DNA of 64,000 nt from Octopus bimaculoides (Eukaryota). The notes beneath the pieces are model-generated. The model ran no database searches and had not been told where the DNA came from. It saw only the letters and a program-made list of their open reading frames with translations. Below are positions 11,898-26,051 of the stretch, piece after piece. The position numbers were made by a program, and so were the translations under genes. Every line of letters starts with the position of its first letter. Positions within the stretch are counted from its first letter, which is position 1. The stretch lies in contig NC_068992.1 of assembly GCF_001194135.2 (NCBI RefSeq), forward strand, positions 66,450,851 through 66,514,850, read 5' to 3'.

Positions 11898-13421
11898 AAC
11901 ATTAAAAAAAAAAATTACTTAGCGTGAAAAAATTCAAGTATTGTGTCAATAAATGCTATCGTTAATTTTGCAATATATTTCTTTGACTAACAAAGTACCA
12001 GTTTGATAAAGTATTTAATTACTCTCTTGCACTGATAAAGTAGCCAATTAGGAACTTCTTGATTCAATGTCTTTGTCCATTCTGGGGCAATTTAGATAAT
12101 TATCATTGGTTAACTTAATGACAAATAGGGTCGCTCCATTCTGAGCAAGTATCAGGATGAATTGGAAAATCTTTGAACCTAAAGAATACCAATTTTGTAT
12201 TTGTTGTTGTGTAACCCAATGTCAGTTGTAGGAGAGAAGACCAATAATTGATGATATTCCAACTGTGACAATTCAATACTATTTTCAGGAACAGTGTGTC
12301 TAAGACTACGCATTATCCAATTTGTTCATTCATGGTACGTCAAGTTGGTTTGTGAATTCTAGGATTTACCTTCAAGTAAAGAGCATAGGGGGTAGAGGAT
12401 CGGTTCAGCAGAAGAATCACATTTATATCAAAGCTTCAAATTAATTTCCATTTCAATAATCTATATTATCAGTCATGATTTTGAAGTGTCATATTTTACT
12501 AATTCTGCAGATTATGGTTTCAAACAGCTTCATAGAAATCTTTGTATTTGCATTTAGAACTTTAGGCGAAATAAGCAAAAAAAGGAGAAGCCATAATGTC
12601 CAAAAGAAGAGAACTTAGATTGACTTCTATGTCAGAATGCATTCTCTGAATTGGTATGTTTATTGCTTTACTTCTTAGATCAGAATTCTGTTTGGAATCT
12701 TCTGCTGTTCTTTATTAGCATGAACAGATCTACTGTCTGTGTCTGGAAGAATGTATCCATACAAGAATACCATTTCTCATTTTAATATCAAGGACACTTA
12801 TGTCCTATTTCTGCCTGCTATCAAGAGCTGTTTCTTAGCTCCTTCAGTCGATTGTTGCATTTCTAACAAGAGCTGTTCTTGTTGTCAATGCTTGGCTCCA
12901 CCGTGACTGCTTCCGCTGCCGCTTGATGTGATCACTTATCTGCTCTTTCGGAGGAATTCAATGGAATGATTATGGATAGTTATGAGATGTGGGTTTTTTC
13001 CTTTTTCTTTTTCCCTCTCTGTTTACTTTCTTCAATTATATAGGTATCTTATCAAAAGTAGGCTATAATTGTCAGAAATTATTTAGCACAAATTATCGCT
13101 GCTTATTTTAAAGATGAATGGCCTTTTTTTTTTTTTTTTTTGTTGGCAGCCATCTTTGCTTTCATTGTTCTGAATGCCTTCTGCAAGAGTTGCTTGACCC
13201 AAAGCTACCTGTTGCATGTAAAGTACTCTTCATTGTATCAACTCACTGATTTGCACAGCCAATAGTATATCAGCAATTAGCTGTTGACGGTCTCTGTGTT
13301 CCAGAGGAAAAGGAACACAATTTAGCTTTGTTTCTAGATTCTAATGTTATCTTTATCATCTCCATAATGATTGATATTTGCAATAAAGGAGATACCACAT
13401 AATTCACTGTTCTCAGTTTGT

Positions 13422-13457
<36 letters not shown>

Positions 13458-15302
13458 TCATCGCTTTTAGTTTATTTTTAGTGATATATTTTGTACATTA
13501 TTTTTATATGCTAATATAGTTTTAATAGTTCTCAAAGTTTGTATTTGCACATGGATTATTAAAGCTGGTTGTTTTACAACAAATTTACTAATTTATGGAA
13601 AAGAGCTTGTTTACAGTTTATTTGACTTCTTATTATGTAAATTGTTGACCACTTTTTAGCAACACAGAATGGTGGAAATGAATATATTTGCAATATTTTG
13701 ACTTTCCACCCATACCCCACTAATTCATAGTCTAAGGTAACCATAGTTACATAATAATGTATGTTTTAGAGGCAAATATTCTGGTGATGTTGGTCTCTTT
13801 AGGTATTTTTGGCCCACTGGTTTCTCTCTTTGGCATGTTTATATTTCTATTCCTGTTGGTACACACAGATCCTGCTTACTTAGGAAACCGGAGTAGGGTT
13901 CGTTACTGGCCACCTAAAAGAAGCCCATCCTCTGTGTGTGTGTGTGTGTGTATGTGTGTGAGCAAGCATTGTCCTCATTTCCAGTCTTCCATGAAAATGT
14001 GTCAGGTTTGGGCATCAGGAAGGATATCTGGTTATTGAAAATCTTCTACAACAAATTCCATTTGACCCATGAAACTATGGAAATGTGGACATTAGAATGA
14101 TGATGATTTGTTCGGTACGTAATCTGCTTACTTGGAGTTTACTTCACTCATTATTGGTCCAATTAACAAATTATCCTAATTATGAAAGAAAGGCGATCAA
14201 TGGAAAGATGAGCGACATTCCTATATCCAGTATGACTCCTGCTGTTTGGGGGTTCCTTCCTCTGCCTGGTCTGTCACGAAAGGCTGAAGTAACTTTGGAA
14301 GCTTATAGGATTATGTGTAAGTTCCATATCATTTTGTTTTATAGTCGTTTTAATTTCCAAGGTTTAGAAAGTAGAGAGTGAATTTAGCAATAACTGATAT
14401 TGTATTGGTTCCACTTAAAGTCCTCTGATTTCCCTGGTTTACTACAATGTTGGACCAATTTAAACTCTCTCTCCCATTACTTTGTCATGTTTATTTACTG
14501 TTGTGATTACATTACAATTTCATGTTACATACTTTAGAAGAAATGTTTCTCTTGTTTTGTTAAGAAGCCACCATATTCTTTTTTTTCTTCTTTCATACTG
14601 ATTCAATATTTTTGTTCTTTGGTGTAGAAGCCCTTTCTTTAGCTTTCACTTAACTTTCCCTATAATCTAAACCTATCCAATATGGTAAGTATTAAAAGTG
14701 CTTTTGTCTGTTTCGAGTTCAAAGGGTATCATTTTACAAAGAGTTTCGGATGGAACATAACTAAAGTTTTTATCATCTCCTTTAGATTTAATTCTCCATT
14801 TTTTTATATCAATCCTCCACCTCTGCCTTCCAGATCAAAATATGTCAATGAGACTATATATAGAATAACAAAATATCTCTTTGAAGAACTTTTTATTATT
14901 TCTTTTAATCTGACAGATTCCTTGATGCCCCTCACAAAATACATTATGGTATTTAGTTAAGGTCCTTTACGTTCTGAATTCAAGTCCTGCTGAGATTAGC
15001 TTTATCTTTTATGCTTCCAAGATCAATATACAATAAGCTCCAGTCAAGAACTGGTGTTGATCTATAATCCTATAAAGCATCTTAGATGAGAATAGACTTA
15101 CAATAGAAGCCAGTAACTTTCTGATGAGTGATTGACTAAATATGAGTAACATCATGTAACCAATAGTTTCTACTGGGTTGTTCTTTGTTGTAATAACAAT
15201 TCAATAATTACTAAACAGGCTAATTGGAATATTTCCATTAAACATTGTCTTGTGGAAACCTGAATATCAAAAATTGGCTCAGTTGCTTCTAATTTTCAAA
15301 AG

Positions 15303-15420
15303 CAGGCTTCTTTCAGTTTCTGTCTACCAAATCTACTCATAAGGCTTTGGTTGGGCCTAGGCTGTAGTAGAATACATTTGCCTAAGTTGTCACATAGTGG
15401 GATTCAACACCAAACTGTGG
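15303..15420 (-). mobile_element. SINE family B core
   Basis: gcaggcttctttcagtttctgtctaccaaatc..gtagtagaatacatttgcc. Confidence 0.7.
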
Positions 15421-15491
15421 TCAGTTTCATACTGAGAAAACTGAGCATTGAATCTGAATAATTTTTTACTTGAGAGATTCTGAATTATGAT

Positions 15492-15898
15492 CAAGCATGG
15501 CTATGTGATAAGAGGTTTGCTTACCAACCACATGATTCCAGGTCCAGTCCCATTATGTGGCACCTTGGGCAGGTGTCTTCTACTGTAACCTTTGGCTGCC
15601 CAAAGTCTTGTGAGTGGATTTGGTAGATGGAAACTGAAAGTTGCCTGTTGTGTGTGTGTCTATATATATATATTGTGTGTGTGTGTATGTGTTTGTCCCC
15701 CCACCACTGCTTGACAACTGGAGTTGTGTTTACATTCCTGTAACTTAGCAGTTTGGCAATAAAGATTGATAGAATAAACACCATTTTAGGTGGGGGGGGG
15801 GGGAAATTACTGGGGTTGATTTGTTTGACTAAAATTCTTGAAGGTGGTGCCTTATCCTGGCTGCAGTCTAATGATTGAAATAAGTAAAAGATAAAAGA
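15492..15898 (+). mobile_element. Near full-length SINE family B: head, core, (TG)n/(TA)n, tail type 1
   Basis: gcatggctatgtgataag..ccttgggcaggtgtcttctac..ggtagatggaaactgaaag..(tg)n..cttgacaactgg..gcagtctaatgattgaaataagtaaaagataaaaga. Confidence 0.8.
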
Positions 15899-16800
15899 TG
15901 GTGGCTGCCACAAACAGTATGATTAATGAAGTTGTTGTTGATCTATTCTGAAAATATAGCTTCAACAAGATGGCCATGGTTTTTTACTTCCATAGCTACA
16001 TAGCTTTTACCTTTATTAAACCATTTATGTGGAGAATTTCCTGTTGGGCCCACATTCTGTATAATGGTTCAGCCAAACCAATTTACTAATTCTTTGATGT
16101 TTTCACAATCAGAACTTTGTAGTTACCTGCTTCTATTTCCATGTTTCAAGTAATGTGGGAAAGCAGCAGAAATACCCATTTATTCCAAAATTTGGCAGCA
16201 GTTCTTGCCTTAGTGGAATGATTATTGATTGTTTTTGACTAGATGCAAGCTTGAAATTTATGGGAGGTAAATATGGTACATGGGTACCACATTTTATAGA
16301 TAAAGTGAATGTAGATGCGGGTGGAGGTGGAGAAAGCATTAACTAGGAATCAAAACTGGATTATGGACTCAGCTTGTGAGAAACTTCCTATTTTATGACA
16401 CTATCAGTCATTGTTCTTAATCTAATTCAAACAATCTCTCTTTCTCTCTCTCTATATATGTATCCGATTCTGTGTATGTGTGTGTGTCTGCATGTGTGTG
16501 TCTGTCCTATTCATCCATTATCAGCTAATGCGGATATATAATTCTTGTGGAATAATCTTCCCAATATTGTTGTTTAACCACAGGTCAGCCCTAACTAAGC
16601 AAACTTATGATCAAAATATTCCAGTCTTGACGACCACGCCCATTTTTTTCTGACATAGTGTATCTTGAACTACATTATCCATTGTCTCCTTTAGTGTTTA
16701 AGATAAAAAGGTGTGATTGTGAGTGAAATTTGGCTGCTATTTTTTCTGGCAGGGCTAGTGAGGCTCTCTGGTTGGCTCTTTCCCATTGTGGAACTATATC

Positions 16801-17116
16801 TTTTATTCTTTTGCTTGTTTTAGCCATTGGACTGCAGCCATATTGGGTCACAGCCTTGAAGAATTTAGTTGACCAAATCAATCTTAGCACTTATATTTTG
16901 TAAATCTGGTACTTATTCTATCATTCTCTATTGTTGGACCGTTAAGCTAGAGAGAGGTAAATAAACTAACACTCGTTATCCATGTCTTTTCATATATGTG
17001 TGTGTATATATATATATATNNNNNNNNNNNNNNNNNNNNNNNNNNNNNNNNNNNNNNNNNNNNNNNTATACAGAGAGAGAGAGAGAGAGAGGGGGGAGAG
17101 AAGCATTTATTCATGT

Positions 17117-17171
<55 letters not shown>

Positions 17172-17330
17172 TCACATGTATGACAAGCTTCCACAGAGTT
17201 TCTGTCAGCCAAATTCACTTGCAAGGTGATTGGTTGGCTTTGGGCTGCAGTAGAAGACATGTACTGCACAGTAGGACTGAACCCAAAACCATGTTATCAA
17301 GAAATTTGCTTTACACCTATGCCCTTGTTT
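16801..17330 (-). mobile_element. SINE family B with tail type 1 and an expanded internal microsatellite (contains a gap)
   Basis: Tail at 16801-16980, head at 17180-17330. Confidence 0.7.
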
Positions 17331-18917
17331 TGATTGGTAAATTTCTACGATTGATTTTTTTGCTTTCAATAAGGTTGACTGGAATTAAGATTCCTGAGTT
17401 CAAACTTCACTATAAATCTTGTGTTTATCAAAGAATATTTCTTTCTCTTATTCAACTGATAATTTCCATTCTTATTTAATGGTTGATTAACATAAAGTAC
17501 TTATTTTATGATTTAAAGTCTGTGATTAATAGATCTTATCACTTTACGAACCCAAAAAAGGGTGAAGAGCTTAGCATAATGTGTGTGAGGAATCTTTCCC
17601 AAAATGGTTAACTTGTTAAAACATTGCAAGGTATGGGAGAAAGATAATATGCAATTATTGGAACCTGAAATGGCGGCTAAAGAAATTAACCACATTGTGT
17701 AAAGTGTTGAGAGAAGAGAAGAGATAGGCAAGCATACAGATTGATATAGGTTAACAGCATAAAAGTAATAGTTTTTTGCTTGCTGCCTCATGCCTACTTC
17801 ACTTTCTCTCATTATTGCATATATGACTGTACATACATGCTCGCATGTAGACTCTTGTTCCCCAAAGTTCCTAGATTCCAAGATGCCTTCCTTAATAAAA
17901 CAACAGGAAGTATGAATTCCCCCCTCCACACATACACTCATACTCTTCCCCTTCATCTTCCACAACACATTAAAACCCCAAACCACATTTTTTGTGTTTG
18001 TCTTCATCTGGATATACAATTACTACACTGACATAGATTTAACCTGGATTACTGGATTTATTAAATGAAACATAAGAAAAAACATTAAAGAGATAGAAAA
18101 AATGGCATGATATTAGAGCTATGCTATAAGGTACTATTTTGTTGTCTGTCTTTGAGAACAAAATGAGAACTGAATGCTAGTCAAATATTGATATCAAGTG
18201 TTCTACATGTAGTCTTCAAGTATACATATGTGTATATATGTCTCTTCATGTTCATACTTGGCATTAGACTTGAAGGTTCATGTCTTTACCCAGCTTTAGA
18301 AATGTTATAGGCAGAAAACAAACAGCTGTAAACTGTCTGTAAAAAATGTATACACTTGCACTAATGTATTGTAAAATGTTCCTTTATATAAACTCATCTG
18401 TGTTTTGTTACCCTTTGTGTTTACTCAGCTTTCTCCATAGGTTTATAACAAACCCTTTGACTTTATTTCTTTGTCTTATCACTTCACCTCTTTTACCCAC
18501 AACATTTTCCTTCTCACAGTTTTTTCAAAACTGTAGCCCTGCTAAAATATCAAGAAATGTCATTGGTATTAAACGTATTTATATCTCTTTTAGCATTTTC
18601 TACTCTGCTAAGTCTTTTTCAAGTGCAGGAGTTGTAGTAAATTTAAATGTAACTTGTAACCCGAAACTAGAATGTGTTATAATTAAGAAACTCCAAACCA
18701 TATTATAATTTGTAATAGATTGCAATTATTGATTGCATTAATTATTAATCTTAGTTACTATTAGTTGTATTGGAATTTAATTAAGATGTTTGACTTTCTG
18801 TTCCTACTTTGATCAAGTGTTAACTTTTTAACATCTATTTTAACACAATTGCTTTGTATTCATCTCTCTGCTTGTTGTTGGAACACTTGGTCTTACAGAT
18901 GGATGTCCTTTTTATAA

Positions 18918-18985
<68 letters not shown>

Positions 18986-19030
18986 ATAATAATAATACCG
19001 ACAACAACAACAATAACAATAATAATAATA
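18918..19030. repeat. (TAG)n grading into (TAA)n/(CAA)n
   Basis: Read directly. Confidence 0.95.
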
Positions 19031-19057
19031 ACAAGAGCACTCAGAGAGTGCAAACAT

Positions 19058-20077
19058 ATTCTGTTAAAATAAATCAGATCTGCACAGACATCAGCAAATG
19101 GTGGCCATTTTTGTGATTGGGCAACATTTTCACCATCACAAATTATTGGGCATGTATAATAAAAATGATAATTGTGTCAGAACAAACATTTATTTAATTC
19201 AACAGTAAAAGGTTTAACAAAAAAATTATTCATAAAGGACTTAATGGTAAATGTAATAATACGTTTGAATGAAAATAGTCATGGGATTATGATGTCATAC
19301 AGCTCCTAATCTTTGATGTATGACCCTCCATATGCAATAACCATATGTTTCAGTGTCATCTTAATGCCATCTGAGACTTTCCATGGCCCAACCATCATAC
19401 CATTAATGATGCCAGCTGAAAACATGACCCCCACCTCCCCCTGTTGACGTCTCAAACGATGAGGATGGTCCCCGCTAATCGATACCCAATCTTTACTCCA
19501 GTCATCTGGTACGTCAAAGGTGGCACGGCATTTGTCAGTGAACAGAACTTTTGAATAATCTATCTTCATATATTCTTCTACCCATTTCTGTCTCTTCTGC
19601 TTATGAACAGCCTTCAGGGGTGGCCTTGTAACAGGTTTAACATTCCTGGCTACCTGGTTCAAGAGTGACACATGTTTTCAATATGTCTTCCCTGTCACAA
19701 TGTTGGGAGACTTCTCTACTCGTCAGACACAGGTTCCGCACAACTTCCTTTTTCACATGTGACAAAGTACGATTCGAAGCAACCCTCTACTTACCCTTAA
19801 CTGCCCTCGACCAGACAGAAATAGGAGACTGCACAAATTTCTTCACTGTTTGTTGATCTCCACCCAGTATTTTTGATATTTCTATGGTCGTTTTCCCTTT
19901 TCCAAGCTCTAGCATGATGGTAGACTTCTCATTCGAAGTAAGATCACGTTTCTGACCTGTAAAGACACTTAAATTAGGCAACTGCCTAATAATATGGGAC
20001 AGCAGAAATGTCGCTAATGCATGATAATGGTTGCCATTTGTTTTTGTCAGTGCAGATCTGATTTATTATAGCAGAAT
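19058..20077 (-). mobile_element. Tc1-like element with both ~100-bp terminal inverted repeats, internally deleted
   Basis: Inverted ends attctgttaaaataaatcagatctgcac / gtgcagatctgatttattatagcagaat. Broken transposase GQKRDLTSNEKSTI..HKQKRQKWVEEYMKIDYSKVLFTDKCRATFDVPDDWSK..RLRRQQGEVGVMF..; the C-terminal catalytic half is missing. Confidence 0.85.
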
Positions 20078-21624
20078 GTGCACAGATAGGTGTTGCCAAC
20101 AGTGGAAAAACAACTGGTTTTGAATGAATATACATTTATTTATTGAGAGAAGGTTGGTTTGCCTAATAATGTGGGATGCAGTGTATGGCAGCATAATTAA
20201 AACTAGAAATATTGCTACAGCCTTTAATCTAAATGATTTAAGATCAAATGAATTTATTCAATCATCTTTTAGTTGTTATTCTGTATGTACAGCAACTGCT
20301 AAAACATACCTACACATATTCTCTCTTCATATTTTTGTATTTTCTTAGTTTTGTTTTAGAAATCTTTGTTTTGTAATGTGGTAATTGTGTTTAAATTTTT
20401 ACACAATATCATTACTGTTTATTTAGAGTGGCATTTCACTGGCTGCTATGTTGACATTCACCTCAGATGTTGTCTGATTCCAGTGAAGACGACACTAAAA
20501 TATTATACGAAAACTGTTTTAGCTCCCTGAGTTTCCTTTGACATCCTGACAACTGAACATGATCACTCAGGTTTCTCTTTGGCATTACAACACACCATAT
20601 ACACTTGTTCCTTTAAACATAAAATTATTTGACAATATTCTTTTCAACGTTGCATCTCTCTCTCTCTCCCTCTCTCTCTCCCTCTCCCTCTCTCAATGAT
20701 TTCTGCAATGTATTTTCTTTAAGCTAAAATAAAACGATGTCTTTGTGAATTCAAACCTTGTCATAAATTTTTGGAGAACCTGTCTTACAACTGTGAAGGG
20801 AGAGTAATCTGTCATTGAGCAGATACACTGGGATGAGTAACTTGTCTAACTGATCAATCAATGAGATTCTCGTGGTCGATTTTAGGATCATCCTGTTGGT
20901 AGTTTTATTCATAATGATTCCTGACTCACCCATCTTGTGTTTGCCTTCCATACCTCCCCCACTCCACTACATCCATTCTTCCTCCTCAGAACACCAGCCC
21001 TTTGAAATTCTCTCCTTGGGGATATTTTTCTTGCAGCCATTTATTCCTGAGGAGTGTTAACATCTATCTCCTCAGTCTCAGAACACCTGTGTTGACCATA
21101 GGTGAGGCCTTTTCTCCTAGACCCATAACTTAATTTGATCAGTTTGGGTATAATTTATCATGGCACCAACACCCTTTTTTTGTTGTTTTTAAAGGTTTAT
21201 ACAAGTGTATATAGACAACCGAAAATTTCATTTTCAATCTAAAGGCAAGATTCAAACACTGATAGGTTAGCATAGATAAATGAAGTGATGATATGAAATT
21301 TTGTAGTAAAATCTTGCTTGTTTTTTCTTTTTTTTTATTTTATTTTACCTGGTTTTCTTTTATGAAAATAGATTTTTTTTGTTAATATGAAGTGTAACAT
21401 CCTGTGTTCCAGTTTCTATTGAATATTACCAACTATGATTATTAATGTTTTATTTATAGGGTTTAAGTGTATTGAGGCTTTCATAATATAAACTAAGTAT
21501 GGACATGTTTATTCTATGGAGGTTTTGTTTACAAACGGCTCTGAACTGGTTGCGACCAGAAAGGACCTTTTTACTTAGGTATTTATTGGATTCTGAAAGT
21601 AATGTAAATTGTTTCCACTGACTT

Positions 21625-21677
<53 letters not shown>

Positions 21678-22202
21678 TATATATATATGATGTATATGTG
21701 AGTGTATGTGTGTGTGTATATATATAATGTATATGTGAGTGTATGTGTATATATATCATTGTTTAACGTCCGCTTTCCATGCTAGCATGGGTTGGACATA
21801 TAATATAATGTATGTGTGTGTGTGTGTATATATGTATATATATATATATATATATAATGTATATGTGTGTGTGTATATATATATAATAAGTAATTGCCTT
21901 ACTTCATGGCTGAATGGTCAGTTTTAGTAAGTGTATTCTGTTGTGAAACATGTTGATGAACCTATAGTTATTGAATCGCCAAAGTCAAACAGATCCATTC
22001 CTATATTGCCTTTGTTATATTTTCCAAAAATTTCTATTAATTAATCTTAATGGAATTATTTCCCTTGTTTGTTTTTAGATTTTGAGCCCCCAAAGGGAGT
22101 CATTGCCTGCTAAGTGCATGGATTTCCTTTCACTGTACTGAATGTGATACTGTACCCTGAGTAAAATTGGAATAAATGAGAGAGTAAGAGCAGTAAGAGC
22201 AG

Positions 22203-22510
22203 TGAAGGTGTTTCAGTGGTTAGAGTATTTGACTCCCAATTGTAAGGTCATGAGCTCGATTCTGGGTGGCATGTTGTGTTCTTGAACAAGGCACTTTATT
22301 TCACGTTGCTTCAGTCCCTTCAGCTGGCAAAAATGAGTAGTGAAGGCCATCCATGTTACATTCCATGACATGCTGAATCTCCCTGAGAACTATGTTAAGG
22401 GTATGTGTGTCTGGGGAGGGATCAGCCACTTGCATGTTAATTTCACAAGCAAGCTGTTCTGTTGATTGGATAAACTGAACCCTTGTCATCGTAACTGATG
22501 GAGTACCAGT
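22203..22510 (+). mobile_element. tRNA-headed SINE, family C
   Basis: agtggttagagtat (A box); ctcgattc (B box); caaggcactttattt core; cagccacttgcatgttaatttcacaagc domain; matches 47330-47620 and 60405-60680. Confidence 0.75.
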
Positions 22511-22690
22511 GGGAGTGGGGGGAGGGGAGAAAGAAAGGACCATTATAAAAAAACTTTAATAGAATTATAATGTTGTATGTTAAAAGAATAATTGAAATAT
22601 TTTTAAGTTAATGGTGACTGGATGAGCATTTGATTTTAGAGATTTAGTAAAAAATCCATTTATTTTGATTGATTTGTTTCTATCTAAAAT

Positions 22691-22808
22691 GTTGTTGGCT
22701 CTATTGGTAATTCTTATTGTTGTTGTTGGCTCTATTGGTAATTCTTATTGTTGTTGTTGGCTCTATTGGTAATTCTTGTTGTCGTTGATTCTGGTGGTAA
22801 TTCTTATT
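22691..22808. repeat. 31-bp tandem repeat (GTTGTTGGCTCTATTGGTAATTCTTATTGTT) x ~3.8
   Basis: Units start at 22691, 22722 and 22753; the fourth is degenerate. Confidence 0.9.
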
Positions 22809-24207
22809 ACATTTTAAAACTGTAAATGACTGGTAGAATTTCTGTTTGACAAATTCAATGTTCTTTTAAGTTTGTTGATTTTATTGAATCATTATTTTAA
22901 ATTTGGAAGAATGAAATTACAAGAAAGTCAAATTGAATTTTGTTTTTCTTATCGTATATATGTGTGTTTGTGTGTGTGTGTGTGCGTGTATGTATGTATA
23001 TATATATATATATATATAAGTGTGTGTGCACTCTGCAAAAGTTGCTTGTTACAAGTGATAATGTTATCAGTTCTTTCAAGAAATCATCTGCTTGCTTTGT
23101 GCCTTCAAAAATGTGTGAATAATCTTGTAAGGGTTAGCAAGAGAAGGACATAAAACAATGCTTCAATAACATATTCACCTAATCCTTGCTAACTTGGAAA
23201 AATGAAATGGACATAAAGTGATGTGCACGCACACATGCATGCACACATGCACGTGCGCACACACACCTCTCTCTCTCTTGCTTTAATTTTCTATATTTCA
23301 TGTTTAGCTAATGAAGGTTTGTTATTCTGTAGAAGATTTGAATAAGTTTTATTAGGTTTAGGGACTGTAAATAAAGAATCACAAAGGTTCTGAAGAAAAG
23401 ATAGAAATGCTGTTTACAATAATTTAAAATAAATTCATGTTTGTTCTCTAATTAGCAATGAAGAGGAAAGATAAACCTGATAAGGCACATGGAGCAGGGA
23501 TTGTGACGTCAAGGTATTTAATGTGTAACATCCCTTCTCAGCTGTTGACTAATTGTTTTACTTTTTTTTCATTCAGTATGAAGTCTGTATGTGTTGAGCC
23601 ATTTCTTCTTTTTTTTTTCCCTCTAAATATAGTAAAAGAATGTGTAATGGGTGTTCCAGATAAGTGCCTCTCTATAGCTGGATGATAACTGTAGTTATCA
23701 TGCTATAACCTGGGAGAAGAAGTTGACTCATCTTTACTGCTCCCTCCCTGACTTCTTATTGAATTACAAACCTGCACCAATTCCTGCGGTCCTGTACATG
23801 TAGCTGGTTCTATAGTGCTGCGCTGGTGAAGCAGACAGCTGCCTGGCAAGGGTTCAACATAGGGTAGGTGGGTGATGGTAGTAGTGGTGGCAGAGTGGAA
23901 GACAAGAAATAAATTTCTTAGGAATTAGGTCAGTGTATTGAACATGTATAGAGTATTTTATTAGGTCTGAATGAATCAACATATAACACCCACCCAATCC
24001 TTCTTCTTCTTCTTTTCACAGATACTATACATTCTACCTTTTTACCTCTCCTTCCCCCCCCCCCCAATTACTAAAGTATCTTATCTGGAGTGTAATCTGC
24101 CTGAAACTGAATTTCCTCTTCTTCTTCCACTTGGGTCTTCAGGACCATTTGTTGTAGTACCTTCCACTCCATTTTATTATTTTATTTATTAATCTCTCTC
24201 TCCCTCC

Positions 24208-24243
<36 letters not shown>

Positions 24244-24492
24244 CTCTGATGTTCACCCAGTATGTTGCTTGGTGAGAGTGATGATGGAGGTGGGATCAAT
24301 GACTAAGTCACCAACTGTCTTTTTAAAAAGTCCCTCCCTACTGGGATATTGTGATATTCATTCATCTCCATCTTGTTTTTTCTTCCCCTCTTTCTCTGCT
24401 ACCATGTTCCATTTCCATTTCTATTTATACACCAGACCTCCATGCTCTAGTTATTGTCTTATCTCTACATCCATTGCTTACTCAGGTTAGCT

Positions 24493-24522
<30 letters not shown>

Positions 24523-24524
<2 letters not shown>

Positions 24525-24725
24525 TGTTGTTTAGCCCTAGGTCAACCATGATTGAGCACATCTATGATCAAAGGCATTCTAGCTATGATCATCCCTTCTT
24601 TTTTCTACCAAATATCTAGGACTGCATTATATAATGTGTCTTATTTCTTTTAAGATGTGATGTAATTTAAGAGATTTGACTACTATTTGTAGCAGGTCAA
24701 CTAACTAAATGCAAGTTCTCTGAGG
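24523..24725 (-). mobile_element. Unclassified ~200-bp retroposon-like repeat, family D. Other copies at ~5410-5620, 16570-16775, 28180-28295, 31545-31720, 50248-50430 and 50478-50665 in the same orientation, and ~12170-12320 and ~53640-53830 opposite
   Basis: Shared tttagccctagg..tatgatcaaag.cattc..catc..tatctag.act.cattat..ttaaga..tgatt..gagattt..ct..tatt.ctagcagg; (AAC)n-like tail on the minus strand. Confidence 0.55.
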
Positions 24726-26051
24726 AGTTTAATGTGGAGTCTAATGAGTTATAGCTCTTTGAGTTGGATCCGATCCTGGCTTACAAAGTAAGCCATAGGA
24801 AGAAATATGATCTTGCTTAGAAACAGGGTTGCTAACAGGAAGGGCATCAGGCTGTAGAAAATCTGCTGGAACAAATTCCATCTTGCCCATGCAAGTATGA
24901 AAAAAGTGAAGGTTAAAAGGATGATGATGATGATGATGATGATAGGAAAGATTCTTGCTGTTGGGACATAGTTTGTTATATACCTGGTATTAATCCAGGA
25001 GGACTGTTTTTTAAATTCCCCATCCGACCAATCAACAGACTTTTTGAAAATCCACCTTGCCTATGAAGGAAGGGCCTGTTTTCTTTGATGCATAACAGGT
25101 TTTAGTGATTTACTTAATTCTATTAATAATTTAGGCAGGATATGGTTTCTTTATTAAGTTTTCTTTTTAATTTGTTTCTAACACTAAATGCAATGTCATT
25201 AAAATATAGTAATATGATTGTAGCATTTTAGCCTGTAACATTGCAGTTTTAGCTTACAAATAGAACATGGCTGTGTACAGCCATGCAATGAGTGAATCTC
25301 TAGAATGTATTCTCTTTTCTTGCCACGAACCATCAATAGAAACACACTGCAGATCTCTAATTGATATTTCTTACTTTACGTCCTGATTTCAATTACATCA
25401 GTTGCTATGGTATCTGTCCCTGTTGAATAATTATTTCCGATATTTTTCTAACTGGACAGTTATTGATATTGTGTTATTACTGTTGTGTTTCAACTCAAAG
25501 CATGTAAAATAAGACATGTACTTGTTGACCAAAAGAACATAGCCATCTCTTTAACTTGTTGCTGCAAACTAAATCCTATAAGGATTATTTATTTATTTTG
25601 GTTTTAAAATCATTAAAATATCTTTTTTTTTTTTTTGTAATTGTTCTTTTAATCAATCTCATGAAAATCTGCATTTATTCTTCATTGTGACTCAATTATT
25701 TGTTGATTTAGAAAAATAAGATTATGGAAAATGCTAATGTTATTTTGTATTTTGTTAAAATTGATGAATGACTGTTGAACCTAAGTAGGGAAAAAAAGGT
25801 GTATACATCCAAGTAGACTGTGAAAATGAGTGTAGCTTTATAGGAGTAAAAGATTTTGAGGTATTGTTTTAAAAAATGTAGGATATAATTTGTCATCTAT
25901 CCCACCCACTGTACATTCTGGTATATTTACTTGGTAATTCTCCCATCACTACTTTGACAAATATGACAAATTCTGTGTTTAGCTGATGAGGTTATAATAA
26001 GACCAAAATATACTCAAAGTTGTCTTCCATATTTGCTGAAATAAATTATCT

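Noticed and set aside
22203-22275. tRNA genes at SINE heads
   Set aside because: A/B-box-like motifs are present, but I see no complete cloverleaf, and each continues into a shared SINE body.
23456-23513. Possible 58-nt exon (ctaattag|CAATG...CAAG|gtattt)
   Set aside because: Weak donor, unrecognised peptide; such matches are expected by chance in 64 kb of AT-rich DNA.
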